Shown here: one piece after another, positions 24,894-34,126 of the stretch
How positions within the stretch are numbered: position 1 is the first letter of the stretch
Layout of the letters: every line of letters starts with the position of its first letter
Source of the DNA: Planctomycetaceae bacterium
GTDB taxonomy: Bacteria; Planctomycetota; Planctomycetia; Planctomycetales; Planctomycetaceae
NCBI GenBank assembly: GCA_041745595.1
Contig: JBGTIR010000065.1
Coordinates: 1-41,023, forward strand
Length of the DNA stretch: 41,023 nt
Direction of reading: 5' to 3'
Made by a program: the position numbers and the translations under genes
Notes under the pieces: model-generated
The model's database searches: none
What the model saw: the letters and a program-made list of their open reading frames with translations, nothing else
What the model was told of the DNA's origin: nothing

Positions 24894-26438
24894 GTGAACA
24901 CGCCCCCCCCGCCCCCGCCCCCGCCCCCGCCCCCGTCCCCGCCTGCCCGCTCTGCGACTGCGATCACCCGAGGCGACGTCGTTGTCGCACTGGTGTTGCT
25001 GGCGGCGCTGATCGACTGGTCGCGGCAACCGCTGTGGCACACCGACGTCTGGGGGCATCTGGCCTATGGACGTGTTTACGCCGAGACGGGACAACTCCCC
25101 GATCGCGAGCCGCTGCTGGCTCTTTCCGAGCCGGTCGAGTACGTCGCTCCGGCGTGGCTGTCGCAATGGGGGGGCTATCACCTCGACCGACATGGGGGCG
25201 CAGTCGGACTGCAACTGTTCCATGCGGTCGCGATCGCCGGATCGTGCGGGGTGCTGTACCTGTGCTTGAAACGACGTGACGGGGAAGAACTTCCCGCACT
25301 CCTGATCCTCGCGGCGTACGTCGCCCTGGAGTGGCAGCAGATTCTGGTCATTCGGCCGCAGATGGCCGCGCTGGTTTGTTTTTCGCTGGTGCTCCTGTTT
25401 TTCCGCGGTCGCCGACGCACCTGGTTCGCGCTGCCGGTCCTTCTGCTGTGGGTCAACCTGCACGGTTCGTTTCCGATCGGCCTGGTTGCTCCGGGGTTGA
25501 TGTTGCTGGGAGAGTCGCTCGACGTCTGGGCGCGGACGGGAACGCTTCGCCGCGTCTGGAGCAATCACCATCGACAGCGCCAGGCGCTGATCCTCGCCTG
25601 TCTGACGGGGGTAACGCTCTGCAACCCGTACGGAGTGCGGTTGATCGTCGAAGTGCTGACGTTTTCCGGGAACCCCAATCTGTCGACGCTGGTCGAGTGG
25701 AAACCGATTTACGAAACGCCGCGACAGGGGACGGTGGTGCTGGTGGTTGTCATCGTCTCGGTGATCGTGCTGATGCTCAGTCGTCGCCGGTTTCGCTGGC
25801 GCGAGGGGCTTCCCGCGCTGGCATTCGGCGTACTGATGTTCGCCTCGTCGCGGTACATCGTCTGGTTCGCCGCGCTCTGGTCGCTGGCCATCTTTCCCCA
25901 CTGGTGCGATCTTTGCGCCCGGCTGGTCCTGCGCAGACAGACGCCGCGAGACGCAGCGCAGTTACCCCGTCCCGGATGGTGGATTGCAATCGCAACCATC
26001 GGGGCGCTGGCCTGCACGCCGTTCGGGTGGGCCGTTTTGGGACGCGGCGAGTGGTCGCCGCGCGCCGCGTATGGAAGCCGGACGCCGCTGGCCGCGACCG
26101 AAGTTCTCGCCGCGCGGGTGCCGAAGGGACTGGTGCTCAACACCATGGAATGGGGCGACTGGCTGCTGTGGAGCGTTCCGGACGGTCCGCGCCCGTTCGT
26201 CGCCTCGCACGTGCAGTTTCTTCCCGCGCGCGTGTGGGACGATTATCAGCTCGTCTCGAAATCCCGTCCGGGCTGGCGCGAGGCGGCGGCCCGCTATCCG
26301 TTTGTCGCGGCGCTGCTCGACGCGCGGAAGCAGCGGGAACTGATCGACGAACTCGATCGCGATCCCCGCTGGGAACGGATTTATTCCGATTCGCTTGCGG
26401 CCGTCTTCGTGGTCGTGGATGATCGAGGCCGTGACTGA
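24894..26438 (+). CDS. polytopic integral membrane protein (about 10 predicted TM helices; possibly a GT-C-type glycosyltransferase) with poly-Pro N-terminus
   Basis: 514-aa ORF, GTG start 5 nt after the upstream stop. Multiple hydrophobic helices (VVVALVLLAALIDW, LLILAAYVALEW, ALVCFSLVLLFF, VVLVVVIVSVIVLML, FGVLMFASSRYIVWFAALWSLAIF). No ATG exists upstream of the first TM helix. Function is uncertain. Confidence 0.55.
   Translation: MNTPPPPPPPPPPPSPPARSATAITRGDVVVALVLLAALIDWSRQPLWHTDVWGHLAYGRVYAETGQLPDREPLLALSEPVEYVAPAWLSQWGGYHLDRHGGAVGLQLFHAVAIAGSCGVLYLCLKRRDGEELPALLILAAYVALEWQQILVIRPQMAALVCFSLVLLFFRGRRRTWFALPVLLLWVNLHGSFPIGLVAPGLMLLGESLDVWARTGTLRRVWSNHHRQRQALILACLTGVTLCNPYGVRLIVEVLTFSGNPNLSTLVEWKPIYETPRQGTVVLVVVIVSVIVLMLSRRRFRWREGLPALAFGVLMFASSRYIVWFAALWSLAIFPHWCDLCARLVLRRQTPRDAAQLPRPGWWIAIATIGALACTPFGWAVLGRGEWSPRAAYGSRTPLAATEVLAARVPKGLVLNTMEWGDWLLWSVPDGPRPFVASHVQFLPARVWDDYQLVSKSRPGWREAAARYPFVAALLDARKQRELIDELDRDPRWERIYSDSLAAVFVVVDDRGRD
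24903..24941 (+). repeat. (CCCCCG)n hexanucleotide simple repeat encoding a poly-proline N-terminus
   Basis: Directly visible run ccccccccgcccccgcccccgcccccgcccccg, translated in frame as PPPPPPPPPPPPP immediately after the GTG start at 24894. Confidence 0.6.
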
Positions 26439-26467
26439 ACTCTCTCCCTCATTCGAGGACGCACCCC

Positions 26468-27982
26468 ATGATCTCCTTTCCAATGTCTGCGTGTCTGTGC
26501 GTTTGCGTTTTCGTTTCTGAAGTCGCGATCGCTCAATCGGCGCCTCACCGTATTCAGATCGTCGACGCCTCCACCGGTCGCGGCGTGCCGCTGGTCGAAC
26601 TCGAAACGGTCAATCACGTCCGCTGGGTCACCGACAGCAACGGAATCGCGGCCATCGACGAACCCGGACTGTTCGACAAGGACGTCTTCTTTTACGTGCA
26701 GTCGCACGGGTACGAGTTTCCCGCCGACGGGTTCGGCTATCGCGGGCGCAGAACCAAACTGGTCCCCGGCGGCGAGACCGTCTGGAAAATCGAACGCAGG
26801 AACATCGCCGAACGGATGTATCGCGTCACGGGACACGGGATCTATCGCGATTCGGTGCTGGTCGGCGCCGAGACGCCGATTCCCGCACCGCTGCTCAACG
26901 CCGACGTATTCGGCTCCGACAGCGTGATGACGGCCCTGTTTCGCGGGAAGATTCACTGGTTCTGGGGCGACACCAGCAAACCGAATTATCCGCTGGGAAT
27001 CTTCAACGTTCCCGGCGCGGTCTCGGAATTGCCCGAACGGGGCGGCCTCGAGCCCGGCCGGGGAGTGGCGCTGAACTATTTCACCGACGAGAACGGCGCG
27101 GTCCGCGATACCTGCCGCATGCCGGGCAAGGGACCGACTTGGATCGACGGACTGCTGGTTGTTACCGACGAGCAGGAACACGAACGCATGTTCGCCAAGT
27201 ACGTCAAGGTCGAACCGCCGCTGACCGTCTACGAACGGGGACTGGCCGAGTTCGACGCCGACGCGGGACAGTTTCGGCAGGCACTGGTCTTTCCCAAAGA
27301 GAGCGAACTCTATCCCGCCGGTCATCCGATCGCGCACGCCGACGGCCAGTCGAGTTACTTCTATTTCGCCGAACCGTTCCCCTGGGTTCGGGTGCGTGCC
27401 ACTGTCGCCGCGGTCACCGACCTCGCGACATACGAATGCTATAGCTGCCTCGAACGGGACAGCGACGGGAAGCCGCGAGTGGTCCGCGACGACGAAGGCC
27501 GCCTCGTTTACGAGTGGAAGCGGGACGGTCTCCCCCTGACACCCGATCGGTTCGACACGCTGCGCAAAGCCGGCGCGCTGCGTCCCGACGAAAACCCGTT
27601 CCGACTGCAAGCCCGCGGCGCTGACACCCGCGTGCAACTCCACGCCGCCTCGTCGATCGCCTGGAATCCGTACCGCGACCGCTGGACGATGATCGCTCTC
27701 GAAAAATTCGGCACCAGCGTGCTGGGCGAACTCTGGTACGCCGAGTCCGAACAGCTCGCAGGCCCCTGGAGCGAGGCGATTAAAATCGTTTCGCACGACA
27801 AGTACAGTTTCTACAACCCCAAACAGCACCCGCTCCTGTCGCAGGAGAACGGCCGCTATCTCTACTTCGAGGGGACGTATACCACGCTCTTCTCGGGAAA
27901 CAATCACCCCACGCCGCGCTACGACTACAACCAGATCATGTACCAGCTCGATCTGTCGGATCCGCGACTGGCGCTCGACTGA
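26468..27982 (+). CDS. secreted hypothetical protein
   Basis: 504 aa. N-terminal signal peptide (MISFPMSACLCVCVFVSEVAIAQS). Coding-like composition. No motif I can assign with confidence. Confidence 0.55.
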   Translation: MISFPMSACLCVCVFVSEVAIAQSAPHRIQIVDASTGRGVPLVELETVNHVRWVTDSNGIAAIDEPGLFDKDVFFYVQSHGYEFPADGFGYRGRRTKLVPGGETVWKIERRNIAERMYRVTGHGIYRDSVLVGAETPIPAPLLNADVFGSDSVMTALFRGKIHWFWGDTSKPNYPLGIFNVPGAVSELPERGGLEPGRGVALNYFTDENGAVRDTCRMPGKGPTWIDGLLVVTDEQEHERMFAKYVKVEPPLTVYERGLAEFDADAGQFRQALVFPKESELYPAGHPIAHADGQSSYFYFAEPFPWVRVRATVAAVTDLATYECYSCLERDSDGKPRVVRDDEGRLVYEWKRDGLPLTPDRFDTLRKAGALRPDENPFRLQARGADTRVQLHAASSIAWNPYRDRWTMIALEKFGTSVLGELWYAESEQLAGPWSEAIKIVSHDKYSFYNPKQHPLLSQENGRYLYFEGTYTTLFSGNNHPTPRYDYNQIMYQLDLSDPRLALD

Positions 27983-28005
27983 CCCGAAACGATACGTGCG
28001 GTCCG

Positions 28006-31000
28006 TCAGACGCGAACGACCTCCCCCAGAGCGATCAGCGCCAACCGCGTCGCGACCCGGTCGGCGGGAAGCTTGAAGACGGTTCGAATCGCGCCGGAGT
28101 ACTGCCGCAACTGCTCGCGGTAGCGTGCTTTCAACTCGTCGGCATCGGCGCCGCGATCGGTTTTGTAGTCGATGATGTCGACCGCAACGATCACGTCGCC
28201 GCGGCAATACAGAATCAACCGGTCGGCGATGCCGTTGACCAGTTCGCGATCGGTGCGATAAGTCAGCCGCCGTTCCCGTTCGACTCGCAGCTCGATTGTC
28301 CCTGAGGCCAGTTCGCCCGCCAACGGCGGGAAGAGCTGCGGCGCGACACGCTCGCGGTACTCGTCGGCGGTCAGATTCCACCGCAGACCGTCGTGGGCCA
28401 GCGCGTCGCGAAACGAAACCAGCATCGCGTCGACGTCGAGCCCCGGCTTGCGGTATCGTCCCGCGACGCTCAGAAGCCGTTCGTCCCCAGGCGGTCCCTC
28501 ATCGAGCCAGCCGATCTGCTCGAACCAGGCGTGGACCAGAGACCCTTGTGCACGGGCGAGCGAACGGTCGAATTCGGCAAGTCCCGCGAAACCAGCCGCG
28601 CCGCCGTGTGAAGAGGGTGTCACCACATTCAAATTCCTGATGCGCCGCGGATCGACCGGGGCGAGCTTGATCGGTTGGGGGAGGGGCTCCTCCGTCGCGG
28701 GAGCTGGTTGGAGAATACCGCCGTGGCGGGCTCGCTCGGCCTCGTACCAGTGCTCGTCGCCGGCGCGGAACTGTTCGACACCCGGATCCAGCGGCGCCGA
28801 TCCGACGGCGCTCAGCACGATCCCCGCCATCGTCAGTGGAGTGGGATTGGATTTTTTTGCGGCGGGGACAAAAACGTGCAACGCATGGACGGCGCGCGTC
28901 AGCGCCACATACAGCAGACACAGCGATTCGTTGACCAGCCGATTGCCGTGGGCCCGGTACAGGTCCCGCATATCGTCCGGCAACAGCGGCAGATAGTCCC
29001 GGGAGACGGAGCGCAGGATGCGCGAGACCGGTTCAGTCGGCCGATCGCGCTGGACCAGATAGCTCTCTCGTCCCCCGAGGATCAGCGCATCGAGTTCCGG
29101 AAGCACGACGATGTCGAATTCGAGACCTTTCGACTGATGAATCGTCATCACCCGCACGTCGGCTGACGAGGGGGATTCGACCCTGGTTTCCTCGACGAAG
29201 CGGACGAAGTCGGCGGGATCGAGCGTCGCGCGCGGTTCGTAGCGCCAGGCGAGTTCGACCAGTTGACCGAGCCGCGCCAGTTCCCGTTCGTTGCAGGACG
29301 GCGCACAGACCCGCACCCAGCGCTCGAGGGTCTTGCCGTAGCCGTCGCGCAGCAGTTCCGCGCGAATCCTGCCAGCCAGTTCGACGACGCGAGGATCGCG
29401 CGGACGATAGCCGTCCAGACCCACAAACTGCGCCAGCGGCGAATGAGCCACGTTGAACTGCGCCACCTGATTTCCCGGATGGGCGGCGAGCTTCAGGAGG
29501 GACAGCAGATAAATCGTCCCGGCGGCGTCGGTCAGCGGGTTCCCCCCTTCTTCGCTGGCGAAGACCGGTTCGCGATCGCTGCGAGGATTCCGCAACCGGT
29601 GGATCAGTTGCCGGACCGTCGCGTTGGTGCGGGTCAGCACGCCGATCGTGCAGCCGGAGTGCGTGCGGTGCAGTTCCGCAACGGCCTCCGCGACGATCTC
29701 AAATCGCAGCGATTTGTTGCCGGCGGGTTCCTCAGCTTCCGGATACGTCTGCACCCGGGCAAATCCCGCCAGTTCGCTGCGGACCGTGGAATGCGGTTGA
29801 AAGCGGTTCCGCCAGTTCGCTTTGACGCCCGCCAGAAAATCGGGTTCCAGAAACGTCTTCTCGTCAAGTTGCAGCGCGGGATTCCCGGTCAGATCGCCGA
29901 AGATCGCATTGACCGTCTCGATCACGACGGGAGACGATCGCCGGCTCTGTGCGAGCGTCGTCATCTGCACGTCGTTTAAGTCGACGGGAATGCGTTCGAG
30001 AATCTCCGACTCGCCTCCCCGCCAGCCGTAGATCGCCTGTTTGACGTCTCCCACGCAGAAGAGAGACTGACCGGGCGTCCGGTTGGCCCGCGCGACGAAC
30101 GGCTTGAGAACGTTCCACTGCGCGAGGGACGTGTCCTGAAACTCATCGAGCAGAAAATGCGACAGCGCTGCATCGATCCGATAACCGACTTGCGGCAGAA
30201 GTTCCTCGTTCAAGTGCCGCGAGAGAAGTCGCGTGACGTCGTCGAACCGCAGTTTTCCGCGGGATAGCTTGAGCGCGTGGTAGTGCTCGTGAAAGTGCCG
30301 CAGGAGTTTTCCGGTCGCCTCGGTCTGGTAATTGATCGCGTTGAGAAACACCCCGCGCGCGTGCTGGAGCAGAGGGCGAATCGCGTTCGCCAGATCTCCG
30401 GAAAGGACTTTGTTGTAGTACGAGAGCGAGTCACTCATCACGGCTTTGACCAGTCCGTTCCCGAGCACATTCTCCCAATTCTTCGAATCGACAGCCTCTG
30501 CGGCGGCGGCCACGAGCTTCTCGTGCGCCTTCGTGAAGCGGGCGTCGTCGGGAAGCGGCGTATCGCGCAAGCAACTCATCGCCTCGGCAAGCTCGCCGTC
30601 CGAAAGCGTCGGCAGAACGGGCCACACGTTCCAGATCGTCGGATCGGAATCGACGAACACCGCGTAGAAATCCTGAACCGTCGCGAGGAGATGGTCGATG
30701 ACGCCGCGCGCCGATTCCCCCCCCTGCAGCAAACCCAGGAGCGTCAGCAACGCGTCGAACGAGTTAGTTTCGCGTTGCAGCAGTTCGCGCAATGCTTCCA
30801 GTCGCAGCGCGCGATCGTCGATGTCTTCGAGGATGCTCCAGCGCCCGGGCAACTCCAGTTCGAGCGCAAAGCTGCCCGCGGTCTGAACGAAGAAACTGTC
30901 AAGCGTGCCGACGCGCAGGCGATGTACCTGCGACAGAACGCGTTCGAGCATCGCGGCGGCCTGATCGCGCGAGAGGGGCCCGAGATCGAGCGCCGCTTCG

Positions 31001-31230
31001 AGTTCGCCGCGGCGGCCTTCGTCGGAAGCGGCTTCCGCCAGTCGGGAAAGAATGCGTGCCAGAATTTCCCCCGCCGCCTTGCGCGCAAACGTACTGGCGA
31101 GGATCTGATCGAGCGGCTGCTCGCAGCGCAAGAGCCGCAGGTAGCGCGTCGTCAGTTGCCAGGTCTTGCCGGTCCCCGCCGATGCGAGAATGATCGTGTC
31201 GGGGAAGAGTGCGGCGAGATCGCGGGTCAT
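28006..31230 (-). CDS. addA: ATP-dependent helicase/nuclease subunit A (UvrD/REP-family helicase with C-terminal PD-(D/E)XK nuclease; AddA/RecB-like)
   Basis: Walker A ILASAGTGKTWQLT at the N-terminus (start taken at MTRDLAALFPD, minus-strand ATG at 31230), UvrD helicase motifs, and a C-terminal RecB-type nuclease motif (IVAVDIIDYKTD). Its start overlaps the addB stop (ATGA). Confidence 0.8.
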   Translation of the reverse strand: MTRDLAALFPDTIILASAGTGKTWQLTTRYLRLLRCEQPLDQILASTFARKAAGEILARILSRLAEAASDEGRRGELEAALDLGPLSRDQAAAMLERVLSQVHRLRVGTLDSFFVQTAGSFALELELPGRWSILEDIDDRALRLEALRELLQRETNSFDALLTLLGLLQGGESARGVIDHLLATVQDFYAVFVDSDPTIWNVWPVLPTLSDGELAEAMSCLRDTPLPDDARFTKAHEKLVAAAAEAVDSKNWENVLGNGLVKAVMSDSLSYYNKVLSGDLANAIRPLLQHARGVFLNAINYQTEATGKLLRHFHEHYHALKLSRGKLRFDDVTRLLSRHLNEELLPQVGYRIDAALSHFLLDEFQDTSLAQWNVLKPFVARANRTPGQSLFCVGDVKQAIYGWRGGESEILERIPVDLNDVQMTTLAQSRRSSPVVIETVNAIFGDLTGNPALQLDEKTFLEPDFLAGVKANWRNRFQPHSTVRSELAGFARVQTYPEAEEPAGNKSLRFEIVAEAVAELHRTHSGCTIGVLTRTNATVRQLIHRLRNPRSDREPVFASEEGGNPLTDAAGTIYLLSLLKLAAHPGNQVAQFNVAHSPLAQFVGLDGYRPRDPRVVELAGRIRAELLRDGYGKTLERWVRVCAPSCNERELARLGQLVELAWRYEPRATLDPADFVRFVEETRVESPSSADVRVMTIHQSKGLEFDIVVLPELDALILGGRESYLVQRDRPTEPVSRILRSVSRDYLPLLPDDMRDLYRAHGNRLVNESLCLLYVALTRAVHALHVFVPAAKKSNPTPLTMAGIVLSAVGSAPLDPGVEQFRAGDEHWYEAERARHGGILQPAPATEEPLPQPIKLAPVDPRRIRNLNVVTPSSHGGAAGFAGLAEFDRSLARAQGSLVHAWFEQIGWLDEGPPGDERLLSVAGRYRKPGLDVDAMLVSFRDALAHDGLRWNLTADEYRERVAPQLFPPLAGELASGTIELRVERERRLTYRTDRELVNGIADRLILYCRGDVIVAVDIIDYKTDRGADADELKARYREQLRQYSGAIRTVFKLPADRVATRLALIALGEVVRV

Positions 31231-34040
31231 GGAGCCACCTCGTCGCTCCGCTCTTCGCCGTGGTCGTCCGCCAGCAGCGATTGCAGGCAGATCTCGTCGA
31301 ACTCGCTCATCAAACCGCAGTCGCGGCTCGGCGGCCAGAAGACATTGTTGCGGACGTCGCGCACCACCTGCCGGGCGGCCTCGTCCGCCGATTGAAGTAA
31401 TTCGGAGGAAAACGCGGCGACGAGATGCTTCACGTCGGAAAGTTTTCGGGGGAGGTTGATATAGGCCAGCTCGACGTCCCCCTCGATCCCCAGCACCCGC
31501 ACGAGATGTCGATACAACGGAAGCTGCAAGTCGATCCACCGTTGTTGCCTGGGACGATAGTGCGCCGCCAGGGGATTCTGCGCCTGATCGCTGGACTTGT
31601 AGTCGTAGAGCCGCCAGACGTCCGTGTCGGGATGAAAGTCGATCCGGTCGATGCGGCCGGTCAAAGGCATCGGCACTCCGTCAACATCGAGCGCGGCGCC
31701 CTGCTCGACGGCGAAATCGTGCTCGATGTACCGAATCTCCCACCCTTCCAGCCGCTGTTCGGTTTGCCATTTCGCAAATTGGTGCAGCCGGAGACGGGCC
31801 CGCTCCACCTGAACGCGGATCGCCGGCGACGGATCGTCTCCGTAGGCGCGCAGCACTTCGCCGTTGAGCAGTCCGTTGAGCGCCTCGACCAACGGCTCGG
31901 TGCGGGACTGCTCGCGCAGTTCTTCATGGACGCCGAACTGACGCAGCACTTCGTGCAGCAGGTTGCCGAACGCCGCGCCGTCGAGTTCCTCGGCGGTGAC
32001 GTCGATGCTCTGAAGCTTCAACCGATGCCTCAGAAAATAACGATACGGACACTGCAGATAACTGCGAAACTCCGTGACCCGCATCGACTCGACCGCCTGA
32101 ACATAGGCGTCGAGACGCGGCGGTTCGAACCGGGCGCCCGGAGCGCCCGCGACCAGCCCACCCGGAACGGGCCGCGGCCGTGCGTGCGATTCCTCGCGGA
32201 AAAACTGCAACGTCCGCCGGACCTTCGCTCCCCGGTCGGCGCCGAACAACAGCCGACTCGGGATCAACGGGTCGTTCTGCGCCGTGACGCGGCCGGCGAT
32301 ACAGACGAGGTGCCTGCGCGACGCCGACATCAAGCTCAGCGCGTACGCGTCGCGCGCCGCGCGGCGATCGTTGTCTTCCAGTCCCAGCACGTGCCGCAAC
32401 CGGTTCGGCAGAAACAGATCGGCATTCTGCGACACCGGAACGCGGCCTTCGTTCATGCCGGTCACGATCAGCACGTCGGCATCCTCCCAGGGGAGTTCCA
32501 GCCAGCCGCGCAATTCGACCGACTGGGGATCGAGTTCGGGGGGGATCGGTTCGCGACCGATGTCGTCCAGCAGCAGATGTAGAAACGCCGCACCGCTGAC
32601 GGTCGGCGCCAGCGTTTCGGGAACGCGGTCGAATTTCTCGAGCGCCGCACGCATCGCACGTTCGATTTCGGCCGCTTCCCGGCGGTCGCGTTCGTTCTCG
32701 GTCAGATCGGGCGCTAACTGCCGCAGCAGCTCCGCGAACGGAGCGATCCAGGCCGACAGTGGACGCGTCTCGAACCGCCAGTCGCTCAGCAGTTCTCTCA
32801 AGCGGGCATACACTTCGCGGGGGAGTTCGGCCTTGCCGAGCCAGCCCCCCTTGAGGCGCGTCTGTAAATGCCGACCCCGATAGTCATCGAGCGCGGTGAG
32901 CACGTCCCCCGAGACGCCGTCCCGCGATAGAAAACGCCCGATCGCGGGATGGCGCAAGAGATTCTGAAACTCCGCCAGCGAATCGTCTTCCAGCCAGACC
33001 GCGAGTTGTGCCATCAGTTTGCCGAACCCAGTCACGGCGATCGTGCGCCCCACGCCGTACCGGCAGGCGACTCCCGCCGATTCGAGCCGTTGCTCGAGGT
33101 ATGGCACGAGCACTTCGTCGGGGACGCCGATCACGACGTCCTGCGGAGAGTATTGTCCCCCGAGTTCGGCCAGCGCGCGGAGAACTTCATCGGCCTGGTC
33201 GCCGGGACGGTCCACGACGCGGATCTGTTCGTCGCGGGGTTCGGCGAACGGATGCGGCCAGGCGTGCGGCATCAGGCAACCGTGCTCGTCGAACCGCTGA
33301 GACAATTCCGCCGGTGCGAAGATCAGACTCGTAACGTGCCCGGACACCTGATCGAGCATCTTTCGCAGCGAGGCGTTCATGTCGACGGTCCCGACCAGCA
33401 CGATCGGTCGTTCGGTATGGCATTCGCGATGACGGATCGCAAACAGCCGCGCCGTCTGCTTGTCCCACAGTTCCAATTCGTCGAGCACGCGCAGGTATTC
33501 GGACTGAATCCCGCGCAGCACCTCCCAGCGGTCGGCTTCGAGAAATCCCTCCAATTCGCTCCCCCGCGTTACGACGTCGGAAAAATCGAGATCGTCGGCG
33601 GCCAGTTCGCGGTGCAGCGCCGACAGCATTTCGGCATACGGAAGCCAGTCGGAGAATCGATCCGCGGAGGGAAGTTGTGGAAAATACTGCCGCAAGCGTT
33701 CCCCGTCGTTGTGCCGCAAGGCCTCGATCCAGGCCAGGAGCTGCGCCAGATCATCGGCGAACGGCTTCTGCTCGACGTACAACCGCTCGGGAAGATTTCC
33801 CAGCGTGATGATTTCGGGAGGGAGCAGTGCGACGCCGCGCGCTTCGACCTCGTCGAGGAGCAATTCGATCAGACGTCGCCCCGCGCCGGCGCCGGGAACG
33901 ATCAACAGCACTTCTCCCAATTCGACGATCGCGCCCCGCGTGTACTGCGCCACGAGGTACTCGGCGGCGGAGCGCAGAGCGGGGCGGTTCCAGGGAATGA
34001 GTTTCCGGGTGATCGGCATCCGCGGGATTTCCCTCTCCAC
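31227..34040 (-). CDS. addB: helicase/nuclease subunit B (AddB-type, PD-(D/E)XK nuclease domain, no evident 4-Cys Fe-S cluster)
   Basis: 937 aa. C-terminal nuclease motif GRIDRIDFHPDTDVWRLYDYKSS. Located immediately upstream of addA with a 4-nt overlap, so translationally coupled. Only two Cys in the C-terminal 200 aa, as in the Fe-S-less AddB variants. Confidence 0.7.
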   Translation of the reverse strand: MEREIPRMPITRKLIPWNRPALRSAAEYLVAQYTRGAIVELGEVLLIVPGAGAGRRLIELLLDEVEARGVALLPPEIITLGNLPERLYVEQKPFADDLAQLLAWIEALRHNDGERLRQYFPQLPSADRFSDWLPYAEMLSALHRELAADDLDFSDVVTRGSELEGFLEADRWEVLRGIQSEYLRVLDELELWDKQTARLFAIRHRECHTERPIVLVGTVDMNASLRKMLDQVSGHVTSLIFAPAELSQRFDEHGCLMPHAWPHPFAEPRDEQIRVVDRPGDQADEVLRALAELGGQYSPQDVVIGVPDEVLVPYLEQRLESAGVACRYGVGRTIAVTGFGKLMAQLAVWLEDDSLAEFQNLLRHPAIGRFLSRDGVSGDVLTALDDYRGRHLQTRLKGGWLGKAELPREVYARLRELLSDWRFETRPLSAWIAPFAELLRQLAPDLTENERDRREAAEIERAMRAALEKFDRVPETLAPTVSGAAFLHLLLDDIGREPIPPELDPQSVELRGWLELPWEDADVLIVTGMNEGRVPVSQNADLFLPNRLRHVLGLEDNDRRAARDAYALSLMSASRRHLVCIAGRVTAQNDPLIPSRLLFGADRGAKVRRTLQFFREESHARPRPVPGGLVAGAPGARFEPPRLDAYVQAVESMRVTEFRSYLQCPYRYFLRHRLKLQSIDVTAEELDGAAFGNLLHEVLRQFGVHEELREQSRTEPLVEALNGLLNGEVLRAYGDDPSPAIRVQVERARLRLHQFAKWQTEQRLEGWEIRYIEHDFAVEQGAALDVDGVPMPLTGRIDRIDFHPDTDVWRLYDYKSSDQAQNPLAAHYRPRQQRWIDLQLPLYRHLVRVLGIEGDVELAYINLPRKLSDVKHLVAAFSSELLQSADEAARQVVRDVRNNVFWPPSRDCGLMSEFDEICLQSLLADDHGEERSDEVAP

Positions 34041-34126
34041 CGGCGCGGCGAATCGCAGTTACGTTCCGAACTTGCATTATCGGACGCGCGTCCCACGACG
34101 CAAGCCCGCTCCATGGCCCTCGATGG

